NCBI GenBank assembly: GCA_012295275.1
Contig: CM022667.1
Coordinates: 868,001 to 932,000, forward strand
DNA: 64,000 bases
DNA from: Chrysomallon squamiferum
Lineage: Eukaryota > Animalia > Mollusca
Reading direction: 5' to 3'
A model generated the notes under the pieces. It did not search any database and was not told the origin of the DNA. It saw nothing but the letters and a program-made list of their open reading frames with translations. Position numbers and translations under genes: made by a program. Shown piece by piece: positions 52,711 to 64,000 of this stretch (positions are counted from its first letter, which is position 1; the number at the start of each line of letters is the position of its first letter).

Positions 52711-52964
52711 TTTATTTTCTGGAAAATTTCAGTCTGAAAAATAAGTGAAATATGTCCTGAATATAACTAAAATATTCTTTTTGTTTGTGTCTCTCTGGCT
52801 CTGTGTCTGTATGTCTACCTAATCTAACCTATAACTTGATCTGATTTAATCTTATCTAATCTAATCTTATTTTAGCTTATCTTTTCTTACCATATTTATC
52901 TTATTTTATCTAACTTAAGCTAATCTATAATCTGATTTGATCTGATTTGAAGTGATAAAATGCA

Positions 52965-53140
52965 ATCATAATCTAATCTAATCTAATCTAATCTAATCTA
53001 ATCTAATCTATCCATCTATCTCTCTACCTGTGTGTTTATCTATTTATCTATCCATCTATCTCTCTACCTGTGTGTTTATCTATTTATCTATCCATCTATC
53101 TCTCTACCTGTGTGTCTATCTATTTATCAATCTATATATC
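52965..53140. repeat. (TCTAA)n followed by a 40 bp tandem repeat (ctatccatctatctctctacctgtgtgtttatctatttat) just upstream of exon 15
   Basis: Directly visible, three copies. Confidence 0.88.
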
Positions 53141-53190
53141 TGTCTTTCCCTGTATCTAAATATAACTGCTTATTTTTTTTTTCATTGCAG

Positions 53191-53893
53191 TCACTTTCAA
53201 ACATGAGAGAAGCTCTCAAAGACAACTACACGAATGACATCACCGTCGCCATGGAGACAGACCAGAATGGCAGCAGCTGTGGCAACGCTGACGTGGACGC
53301 GAAAGCCTGTGACGCGAGCCCGCCGGCGATGGACGAGGAGGACGACTCCGTCGACCTGTCAGGGTTCCCGTCGTCCGAGTGGAAGAAGATGCAGATCAAC
53401 CCCGAGCGTGACAACTACAACGTGGACAAGATCACGCAGTGCTGGAAGTGCGGCCAGGACTTCCCGCTGCGCAAGCTGCTCGTGCGCCACCTCAAGGACC
53501 ACAACATCGACCTCCCCTTCAAGTGCTACCTCTGCGACGCGTCCTTCGAGAAGAGGCAGGACTGCCTCCAGCACCAGGAGAAGTCCCACCCCCAGGACTG
53601 GGTGGTCCTCAAGGACAAAAACGGGGTGGACAACGTGGAGAGGTTCTCCACTCGCGTGGACAGGCTCGTGGAAAAGCACTGTCAGGGGATGAGCCTGCAG
53701 GGCCCCGAGAGGAATGGGCAGGGTTTGGGCGGAGCTGTCGTTGACGATGATCGTGATGATCTGGCTGGGTTGGATGATGGACTGACGGACACGATGACGT
53801 CAGACTACCAGCAGAGGAAGGTTTACTGTTCGCTTTGTCCGAAGAGATTCTGGTCCTTGCAGGATCTTCGTCGTCATATGAGATCACATACAG
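53191..53893 (+). CDS. RREB1: RREB1 exon 15, zinc fingers 16-18
   Basis: Acceptor cattgcag, donor CAG|gtcagt. Fingers CWKC..HLKDH, CYLC..HQEKSH, CSLC..HMRSH. Confidence 0.95.
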
Positions 53894-54053
53894 GTCAGTT
53901 GTAGAATTATTATTATTATTTTTTTTTTTTTTTTTTAAATTAAATAATACATTTTTTTTTTTTTAAATATTCTTGGTTCATAAATATTTAAAATTGTGAA
54001 AAATAAAGTAATTCTTTTTTATTTTATTTATTTATATGTATTAACTGTTTCAG

Positions 54054-54206
54054 GGGAAAGACCTTTTGAATGTGACGTGTGTTTCAAGCGTTTCACTTTG
54101 AAACACAGCATGATGAGACATCGCAAGAAACACCTTGGTTCGACCACACCACCGTTGAGTGATGACGATGACAACGCTGTCAATTCCGATGACAACATCA
54201 CTTCAA
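54054..54206 (+). CDS. RREB1: RREB1 exon 16, zinc finger 19 (GERPFECDVCFKRFTLKHSMMRHRKKH)
   Basis: Acceptor gtttcag, donor A|gtgagt; phase 1 to phase 1. Confidence 0.93.
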
Positions 54207-54367
54207 GTGAGTCAGAAAAGTTTTAAATTTTCTTTTTTTTTAATTAGTAAGGTGTGGCTCTTTATTTATTTTTTTTAAATTCTGGTATATAAAGGTAAAT
54301 TAGAATAATAATAAATGTAACAAATAAGGATTTCTCTGGAATATGTACAGATATGGGTTATGTTTTG

Positions 54368-54420
<53 letters not shown>

Positions 54421-54714
54421 GCATGTGTGAAAAATAATATTGATGGTGATGATGGTGAAAACTATAATTTTCATATCCTTTTTTTTATTTTATTTTTTTT
54501 ATTTTTATTTTTTTAATTTTTTGGGTTTTTTTGTTTCTGGTTTGTTCTTTTTATATTTGTTTTATTGTTGTTGTTTTTTTTATATATGTTTTCCAGTTTT
54601 TTATTACTATTATTATTTTTTAAAAGTTTCAGTTATTATTAGTTTGTTTTTCATAAAATAAAATGTTATTGTTTTTAATGAATTAAGCATTTATTTTGTT
54701 TGTTATTTTTGCAG

Positions 54715-54776
54715 TGCTTGGGAAAAATGCACTTCGTTTTCACCTGGCATCACAGAAAAACATGACTGACAACAAG
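54715..54776 (+). CDS. RREB1: RREB1 exon 17 (MLGKNALRFHLASQKNMTDNK)
   Basis: Acceptor ttttgcag, donor AAG|gtaaaa. It is needed to convert phase 1 (exon 16) to phase 0 (exon 18). Confidence 0.82.
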
Positions 54777-55086
54777 GTAAAATATTGTTAATTAAACTGA
54801 AGAATTAAAATTCAAATTAAAACTTAATTAACCAAAATCACTATAAATCTCTAGAAACTAAAAACATACAATTTTAACAGAAAATCCATCCAAAATAACT
54901 TTTATACATGTATTATAGTAAATAATTCTCACATATTAAAATTCTGAAAATAACTTAAAATTGTAATTTTGAAAATAATTTTCATTTATAATTGTACATA
55001 ATTGTTTTGTAACATTTTTTGTTGTACATTTTAGTTTTCTAATTAAAGCTTGAATATATTATAATTGCAATATAATTAAAGTTTAT

Positions 55087-55171
<85 letters not shown>

Positions 55172-55349
55172 TCAAGATTTTAATTCATAAGTCTAGAAAT
55201 TAACATATACTATATTACGAAAAAGAAAATGAAAAATGTACAGCTTGTTATATACATTTATATCAAAGTTTATGACAAACTGATATTTGTAATACTTTGT
55301 AGTTAAACAGTAGTTAAACAGTAATACACTGTTGTGCTTTGTGTTACAG

Positions 55350-55514
55350 ATTCATTCTAACAGTGTCGCCATGGTGCAGTCCAGTCAGGCCTCCCTGCAA
55401 GGCGATGGTGACCTTTTGCATAACCTGTTGGGCGTGGAGGTCGGCGCCATCGACAAAATGCTCAACTCTGCTGACTCTGCTGATTCTGCAGCGCAGTTGC
55501 TCGGAGTAAAATAA
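55350..55514 (+). CDS. RREB1: RREB1 last coding exon (…DLLHNLLGVEVGAIDKMLNSADSADSAAQLLGVK*)
   Basis: Acceptor gttacag, phase 0; TAA at 55512-55514. The C-terminus resembles the AAxLLG ending I recall for the RREB1/Hindsight family. Confidence 0.88.
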   Translation: MHSNSVAMVQSSQASLQGDGDLLHNLLGVEVGAIDKMLNSADSADSAAQLLGVK

Positions 55515-56879
55515 AATTAAAAAAAATTAAAAAAGAGAGGAGAAAGAATCACAAAACAATCACAGATCTTGTTTGAGTTTATTGTTGTTTTCCACTTTTC
55601 TTTGTGCATAGCATTCATATATATATATATATATATATATTTATATGTGGATGTATATATATATTGTTTTAATTGTTTTATTTTCTTGTACAATGTGATG
55701 GAATGATTGTTTTAAAACTGCTTATAGTATTTATAATAATAGATTTTTAGATTTTTTTTTTTTTTTTTTTAAAAAGAATATTGCAAAAGTTTCAGTTGTT
55801 TTGAATATCAGTATTCTTTATTTTAGAGAGTATAAATTAAATATTAAGTTGTTTTTGTTTTTTTCTATAAATTTGACTTTCAGTATTCACAGATGTATAC
55901 ACATACATGTGTGCCTAAATAAATGTATACATTTATATACAAACCTACTTAAATGAACATCCAGACATACAGATTTACACACTATATAATTCAGTCTTTA
56001 GTATAAAAGTTAACACTAAAAAAAATCTAAAGTATTTTAAAATTTATATATATATATATCTATATATTTGCTTTTATGTAGTATCAGGTTTCAACTGTAG
56101 ATTGCTACAGTATTAAAGGTTTAGTATTGAACATTTCTAATACAATTATTTTTTATTATTTGTATTTATTTATTTATTTATTTGTTTATTTATTTATTTG
56201 TGACATTTCATTATATTTATCTGCTAACTGGTTGATCAAGCATTTAGTGAGAAGTGTCACAAAATTCAAAAATTCACAGCACTGGGTTTGTCAACGTAAA
56301 AAAGAATACATCCCATGGGGAATGTAAAACCTGTGGGAGGGGAATGGGGCGTTAACTAACATAAAAACTCCCTATGACCACCCTTGGATCTGCGAATTTT
56401 ATTTCATAGCAATTTATTAATTACTAATTTGCATTCGTTAAGGTTTGTGTACCTGTTGAAGGGGAGGTAATTGGTGTGTGAAAAATTATCTTTCAAAACA
56501 CATTTAAATACTATTAAACTATTACCTAGCTCTTCCAATCTCTGAATCTCTCTTTTTTTTTTTATTTAGAAGTAATGCATACATACTTCAGTATCGCTGA
56601 AATTAAAAAATATAAGTAAATTAATCAACGAAAATATGTTAATGTATATTGTATATTTTTTACTCTTTTTTTTCATGATATAATATATGTGAATCTCTGG
56701 TCTTATGAAAAAAAATCTTGTTTTAATAGTCATATATAATAATTATATATATTTTTTAATTGTTTTCTTTACAAAAAAGTATGTGATATCAAACAGAAAA
56801 AGTATTTAAAAATTGTTAGCACTACTACTACTACTACTGCTGCTACAACTATTACTAGTATTCTGTTTATTTATTTATT

Positions 56880-56921
<42 letters not shown>

Positions 56922-57027
56922 TTTTTTATTGTTATTATTATCATCATCATCATAATTATTATACTATTATTTATTATTATTATTATTATTGTTATTATTA
57001 TCATCATCATCATAATTATTATACTAT

Positions 57028-57074
<47 letters not shown>

Positions 57075-59282
57075 CATCATAATTATTATTATTATTATTA
57101 TTATTATATGCTACTGTTTTTATCATTACCAATTATATTTTTTCAAATCTTTTCATATCCATCATCAGAAACAAATGTTCAGTTCTTTGTAACAGTTGAC
57201 AAACATCCTTTTAATATATTTTTGCTAACTTAACACAACACATTCCAGAAAGATGATTTTCTGTGTTAATTAAGACATTTGAAGTTTTGATACCTCACAA
57301 GTTCTACAAGCGATAATTTTACTATTAAATATTTAATTTTACCTCATTTGTAATACTATCTTTTACTATACCTCCAATATAGGTATAATTGTTATTTTAC
57401 TTTACAATGAAACATTCCATGATTCTGAATCAATTTTGGCCTTCTGATATAAAGAATTATTAAAATCTGCTGCAGATATAATGTATAAAAATTTATATTT
57501 TGATTTTATATACATGTATTTCATGACTAATTAGAACATTGTTTGTTTTTAATAAACATTAAAAAAAAAAAAAAAGCTGCTACCACATCTATTTGTTAAA
57601 TAGTATTATATACCAACATTGTATTATTATTATGATTATGATTATTTTTATTATTATTAACCTTATTATTTTTATTTTATTATAGTTTTAATTATTATGT
57701 TATTATTATTATTATTATTGTTATTATTATTATAATCATTATAACATCATCATCAGTATTTATAAGTCTGTGTTCTTCAAATCATTCTAACTGCCAGTCA
57801 CTGTAACATTGTTCTGTGTTATACTTATGTATTACTTATTTATACTTCTGAAGAGTACTTCATATTACAATGTATTAAGTCATGTAACATTTCTTTAATA
57901 CTGCATAATCATTAGCATTTAATTATAATATTTTCATATGTAGAGTTTATGAAATAGTTTTCTTACTTTCCTTTTCATATTATTTTCTTTTGTTATTAAT
58001 ATTTATATATTTTAAAAAATGAAGGTTTGCATATTATTTGTATATAAATAAAGATGATACTTAGCTTATTTCTAGCATAATGAAGCTACATAAAATTATA
58101 TAGCAATGGTATTACATATAATTTATATTTCATATAGTAAATTTTGTAACACAATATCATACATATTGACAAAGCAACATTTTGTTGATACTTTTAGCAG
58201 TTTTAATTAACAAAATTTATTTGAAAATAGATTAGGAAATAGCAGTTATTTACTCATGTATTAAATTTTTTTTTTTTAAATTAATAGTTAAAATAAATAT
58301 ATAGAAATAATATTTTTCAAAGTAGATGGAATAAAAAAAATATATATATATATATATATATTTAGAATAGCCATTATAATTATTTTTTCATATAAATCAC
58401 TAAAATTAATTTTAAAATAAGTTAGATTACCTTAGAAACATTTATGATATTTTTCTTTTGATCTAAAATGACATTTTTATTTATTATCTTTTTTTAATTA
58501 GTATATTTAAATTACCTTATATATAGGAAAAATATGATAGATTTTTTTGTTTTGATTTTATTTAACTAGCTATCTCAGCATAAATTATAGTTCAACAAAT
58601 TTTGTATAAATTTATAGAAATATCTTCTTTTTTTTTTTATTAATTTTAAACTGAATTTTATTTGTTTTTAATTTATGCCTAAAATATACAAATATATATA
58701 ATACTTCTTTACAGTTTTTTCATTATTCCATGACCTAAATTAACACATACATCAGCATTTAAAAATTAAAAAACAGCTGGTAGCAAGAAAATATATTTAT
58801 TTATTCTCCATATTAACATAATCCATGTGACAATCTGGTTATAAAAATAGAATGTAACCATGGCAACAACTGCTAATTATAATATTGTAATGTTACGGTT
58901 TTGTTAAAATCTAGTTAGGTACATAATGTTATTAGTATTCTATGATTGACAGCAAACTGCTTTATTTTTCCTTGCGGTTTGATGCCATTGTCTGTATTTG
59001 TTTTAAGCTGTAATGTTGTAGCTTTGTAGATTTGAAAACAAAATGTATTTCATGTAATAGTGATATATGCATACATTGAGGTACAACATATCACACTGAA
59101 TAAATGCCAATATTGATATATATATATATATATATATAAAATTTCAAACTGTTGTAAATTAACTTCATGTTACATTTAAAATATTTTTTATATTTATTTC
59201 TAAGAGAAACATATTTTTATTATTATTATTTTGTTGTGGAAGTTCAAATTAAAACTTATTTCCATTTTTTTGTTTTAGTATA

Positions 59283-59331
<49 letters not shown>

Positions 59332-59881
59332 ATATTATTGATTGATTTATTTATTTTTATTTATTTATTTATTGTATTTTATCTTCTTTTTTTCTCAAAC
59401 ATATTCAGTTTGAATTTTATAAAACATTAAATAAAAAAATAAAAAATGAACTGGCACAACATTGTTTTCAAACTAATGTAACAATCAATATTAGCATAAT
59501 TCTCTGCATATATCACTATTGTTGTACATTGTTCACAAATCATGTTTTATTGTCTACTTAAATTCTGAAATCAGTAAATTATTGTAATTGTAAAATCAGC
59601 TGTGATTTTTGTGGTGACAATTAAGAAATTTTGGTTACAATCAACCAATATTTGTACATAACAAATATATAAATATATATATATATATACATAATTTAAA
59701 CCATGTATTTTATTTCTTAGAAATTTTTTTTCCTTCATACTGGCTCAGTTTCTTTTTTTTTCATTCATAATATAATAACAATTTTTAATCATAAACTCAG
59801 TGTTTTAGAATCAGTTTAGGATTAATTTTAGGCTGTTGTTTCTTTTCTTTTTTTTTTCCTTTTCTTTTTTCTTTTCTTTAA

Positions 59882-59922
<41 letters not shown>

Positions 59923-60108
59923 GTTATTATTATTATAATTGTCATTTTCTTTGTTGTTGCATGTAGTAAGTTTGACAATTAGTTTTAATTAACTAACTAA
60001 TTAATTTATAACCCGTGTGTTTGTTGTACTTTGTTGATTTAAATATTTATTTTTTCCCTAGTCTAGAATCAGTATTTTACCTAAATGGCACGTTAAAGCA
60101 GCTGTTAA

Positions 60109-60190
<82 letters not shown>

Positions 60191-60846
60191 ATTCTTCAAA
60201 TTTTCTTGTAATATTTATTTACTTATTTATTTTTTTTGTTATCTTTATTTATCCATTTTTATTTATTTATTTATTATTATTATTATTACTATTTGTGCTA
60301 TAGAAACTGGTGATTACTTTAAAATTATAATATGTTCATTATCATTCTCTGTTGAAAATACATTCCATCATCAAATTATATTTATATATTTTATTTTTAT
60401 TTCAAATTAATAAAAAAAAAAAAATCATATTCAGCATAATATTATTTATTTTTGTTTTAATTATTTTGAGGTAAAAAAAGAAAGAAAGGAAAGCAAGACA
60501 ATAAAACTTAATAATTTTGTAAAATTGTTTTTGGGTAAAAAAAATGGATCCAATTTTTTCACCAAAGCTACTAGGCTCTTCCAGTTAATGTACTTACACC
60601 ATCTTAATTTTGCTCCTGATTTTTTAATTAATAAAATAGATTCATATATTAAAAGTTAAAAGTTAATATTTTATTTTTCTGCACATTACCAAGTCCAATA
60701 CATTAGAATAAATGGGCATAATTAATTAAATTACATTTTGTATATGCAGATACGTGGCTTTGAATAATAGAAATATATAAATTAAACCTTATTTAATTTC
60801 TGTTAAGGGCTAATAAAATAAATAAAAATATAAATGTTACTTCAGC

Positions 60847-60879
<33 letters not shown>

Positions 60880-61750
60880 GAGATAATGATAATAATGATC
60901 ACAATAATAATGATAATTGACAATATTAATAATAATAAGATAATGTAAATTTTAAATTAATTTTATGACCTAATAAGAATAATAATTTTTTATATACTTT
61001 TGATATTATACTGTTATGTGAGTGGCATTTTGAAAAAAAAAAAAATATATATATATATTATTGACATGTGGGTCAAAGTCTTGAAGACTATTTAAGGTTA
61101 AATGAAAATTATTTCTGTTGTAGTATATACAGAGAAAAAAAAAAAAAAAAAATTTTTTTAAAATTAAATTAAAATTAAATGACAAAATAACATTAAATAA
61201 AATAAAAATTAAATGAAATTAAATAAAACTTTCCCCAAATTTCAAATACAATAATTATATAACTTTAATTTTGTCTAAGCATCTTCTTATTTGAATTTTT
61301 AAAACTAAATTTTCAAATACATTTTTTTTTTTCTAAAATCTTATTTTACAAAACAAAGTGACATCATTAATAATATTTTATTTTACTTATTGCATTGTTG
61401 GTTGTGAGTTAACAAACGTATAAACTGGGGTTGAAAATATTTTTATTTCATCTTTGTAATAATAATTGTGATTAAATTTATATTTTTGCTTGCCGAAGAT
61501 TTCTGCTATTTCATCATCATTATTTTAAAGCTTTGATACATCTCTGCATTTCTGTGATATTGCAACATCTAGTTTATTTTTCTTTTTCTTACAAAAATGA
61601 TCACCATTGACAAAAGTGCCTCTTTATAGAAGATATAGTTGTTTTTTTAAAAACACTGATCTAATCAGTGTCGTAAACGGCATTTGTGATTGCCTAACAT
61701 TTCCTAATAAATTCATCTAATTTATTGTACAAACAAGTATCTGTTGTTTT
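55515..61750 (+). other. Putative long AU-rich 3' UTR (end not determined)
   Basis: No further exons. Sense-strand miRNA seed matches extend to about 60570. Many AATAAA hexamers occur (e.g. 57551, 59099, 61706), so the true end cannot be chosen from sequence. Confidence 0.4.
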
Positions 61751-63672
61751 TGTTATTTATTTTTTTAACTAATACTGAATATTTGTTATTTATCTTGTTC
61801 CAGCTATTGCTCCAAGACTGTTACATCATGAAGCGATGGTAGATTTTGTATTTCTTTACTGTTTAGCAACTGGTGCATCATGAAGTGGAAATGTATTAGA
61901 ATTTCTTTTTAGTTTTTTTTTATGGGTATTGGCTCAGTGGTTATATCAATGTCCTGATTTATGATAGATTATAAGTTTAATTCTTCTTGGTGTTCGTATT
62001 TGCTTAATTCTCTTTCCAGGATCATGTTTTTATTGATTTATTTATTTATTTATTTATTTATTTATTTTAAAACAAAATCTGTGGTACATTTCAATCTGTT
62101 TATGAGAAGGCAGATAAAATGTTCCTTTTTTAATAATAAGAGTAACCCAGAGAATGCCTGCATTAAATTTCATTTCACATATCATAATTATAGAAATTAC
62201 GCTTTGCCCTTGATAAAATGGATTTTAAATCCATAAAATTAAATTGTTTTTGATTTAATAATAAAATTAAAATCTTTAAAAATTAACTTATAAAAGACAG
62301 AATTGTAAACCAGATATAAATAATTTTAAAAATTTATTATAATTATGATATATTAAAACAGACATGTCAAATTACAAATTAATTTTTTTTTTTTAGTTTA
62401 TAATAAGAATGACATTTCAGTTAATATAAAACAAAACACCTTTATTTTTTTTAATCTTCATTTATTATAAGTTACAATGTCTCAATCAGAAATATACAAA
62501 ACATATGGTATACAACACAGAAGCATATTTATACATATTATATACATCGTGTATCTAACAGTAAATAATTGAGAAAACTAGATATCCATCACAAACCAGT
62601 TCACTAAATAGTTTGTACATACAACCCCAGAATGCTTCTACAATATTATGATGTGATTTCAGTTTGGACTGGGAAAATTGGGATACCCCAAAATGTTATG
62701 AAGCATATAGTTATATTACAGGCATTATGTTTATGGTGTGTGGCTCCTTGCAAAACCAAGCAATCGTTTGAAATGTATGTCTTGAAGGACTAAAGCACGC
62801 CTATTATGGGCAGCAAACTTTGAGCCAGAGTAGCAATATGTTAGTGTGTTATCAGTAGTCAGAGAAATGAAAATGTCTTATAGAATTATATTTTTAAAAA
62901 TATAAAGGATTTTATTAGGCTGTTTGTTTGTTAACTGCCATAGTTAAAATTAAAGATAGACTCTGATAAATACTGTTCTGAGTAATGAATTTTAAAATTA
63001 ACAGGTTTGGTATATTGGTCTTATACATTAAATAATCAATAGGTATTGTTGTATACAATGAATACATGCACCTACAAGGATTTGAACTGCTATTCTTTTT
63101 CTGACATCTGGTGGCCAAAGTTTTTCAATGCTAGAATGACTTTTAAATATTCATTATTCATTTCCTGAATCCAAAGGACTTTAATCAGTGAAGCTAGTTC
63201 ATAATGATATTTAACTAAATTTTTTACATAAACTGAAATTAGTTACAATTTAATTATAAGGGCTTATTTTATAATACAAATGATGTACGAGTTTAAAAGA
63301 TGGATAAAATTGTTAGTTTAAAAATAACTTTTTAAAATAAATAATAAAGAGTTTCTTTTGTATTAACAATTTGAATAAGACTTAAATTGTAAGTTTGGAA
63401 AAAAAGAAAAAAGAGAAAAAAGAATTTTTATAATTTGAACATTATTAATGTTGTAACGATTTCAAAAAAAATGAAATTTTTATGATTTAAAAATTACTTT
63501 TATTAAAAATATTAATAATAATAATATAGAGTTTATAAGCTGAAGATGAATAAACTACTCATGGTTTAAAGATTATTACCTTTTTTAAATGAACACTACT
63601 AACCAGTACAAATTTTAAGATAACTTTCATTCTACAGTTCTGACGTTTTCACATATATATATGTTATATTAG

Positions 63673-63814
63673 CAGTCGGTACAATTTTTCACACAGTGTG
63701 AATGCGCATTTAGGTAAGTGGACAGTGGAACTGATCTGTTGTGACTGATGACTAGCTGTTTGTGCGATTTCTCTCAGAACGTGTGTCCATGGTGATGAAT
63801 GGACGGAACTGCGA
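63673..63814 (-). other. Possible terminal exon of a convergent neighbouring gene (unidentified)
   Basis: GC-richer patch. On the minus strand an acceptor-like tgttcacatag is followed by RSSVHSSPWTHVLREIAQTAS...LYRLLI* in one frame (stop slightly beyond the low coordinate) or SQFRPFITMDTRSERNRTNS* in another. No family recognised. Confidence 0.2.
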
Positions 63815-64000
63815 CTATGTGAACACAATCAACAGAACTTGACAAAACATTTAAGGAAAGAACATTGAGATTAAATAAATTATAAAAATGGCTGGGTTTA
63901 AAAGATAAATGATTATAAATGAATTTTCTCTGTGAGTTCAGTAATTTAAAAAAAAAATTATAATTAAAAATGTTTTTGAAAATGTTTGTAATAATGAGTT

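Larger units (their letters stand above)
3507..55514 (+). other. RREB1: RREB1 / hindsight (pebbled) orthologue, whole coding span: 18 exons, ~1745 aa after correcting two +1 discontinuities, 19 C2H2 zinc fingers
   Basis: Hand-spliced exons give segments I recognise as RREB1-family: [143 protein letters not shown]. Summed exon length is 5240 nt; minus 2 this is 1746 codons including the stop. Confidence 0.93.

Noticed and set aside
42168-53887. Antisense and alternative-frame ORFs over exons 6, 8 and 15 (e.g. 42559..43026, 47302..47670, 53234..53692, 53359..53679)
   Set aside because: They are the expected shadows of C/G-ending codon bias in the real exons.
16217-54933. Su(H)/CSL-type sites (TTCTCACA 16217, TTCCCACA 19184, TGTGAGAA 33585, TTCTCACA 54926), tempting because fly hindsight is a Notch target
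   Set aside because: A handful of scattered 8-mers in 64 kb is about what chance would give; they are neither paired nor clustered.
3507-55514. Interpreting the gene as a pseudogene because of two frame disruptions
   Set aside because: All 19 fingers, the linkers, splice sites and phases are intact; two isolated single-base anomalies do not look like neutral decay.
55515-61750. AU-rich elements, Pumilio-like TGTAHATA motifs and individual AATAAA signals
   Set aside because: These are ubiquitous at this base composition, including in introns, so individual sites are uninformative without 3'-end data.
1-64000. tRNA, rRNA, or autonomous transposon (transposase / reverse transcriptase) genes
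   Set aside because: I found no cloverleaf, rRNA-like segment or long ORF with such motifs.

Overview
This is AT-rich, microsatellite-laden animal genomic DNA, not prokaryotic; the gene and repeats look invertebrate, possibly molluscan (inference). Almost the whole window is one + strand gene, the RREB1 / hindsight (pebbled) C2H2 zinc-finger transcription factor. I reconstructed it by hand as 18 coding exons from 3507 to 55514, about 1745 aa with 19 C2H2 fingers. All introns are GT-AG with matching phases, provided two single-base discontinuities are corrected. Five points stand out. (1) A 43-nt first coding exon about 35 kb upstream encodes MSRRKQANPRPL, the NuRD-recruiting N-terminal motif of FOG/SALL/BCL11/ZNF423-521, which I do not recall in vertebrate RREB1; it splices in phase to exon 2. 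(2) There are two +1 breaks in the reading frame, one at an antizyme-like CCC-TGA; assembly error is the default explanation. (3) A minisatellite built from the end of exon 8 plus its donor gives an array of potential 18-nt symmetric microexons that differ only synonymously. (4) The long putative 3' UTR carries clustered let-7, miR-1 and miR-8/200 seed matches. (5) The 35-kb first intron holds GC-richer motif clusters, a 105-bp hairpin, an inverted repeat pair and many 20-80 bp minisatellites. Most ORFs in the supplied track are microsatellite artefacts or antisense shadows of GC3-rich exons.
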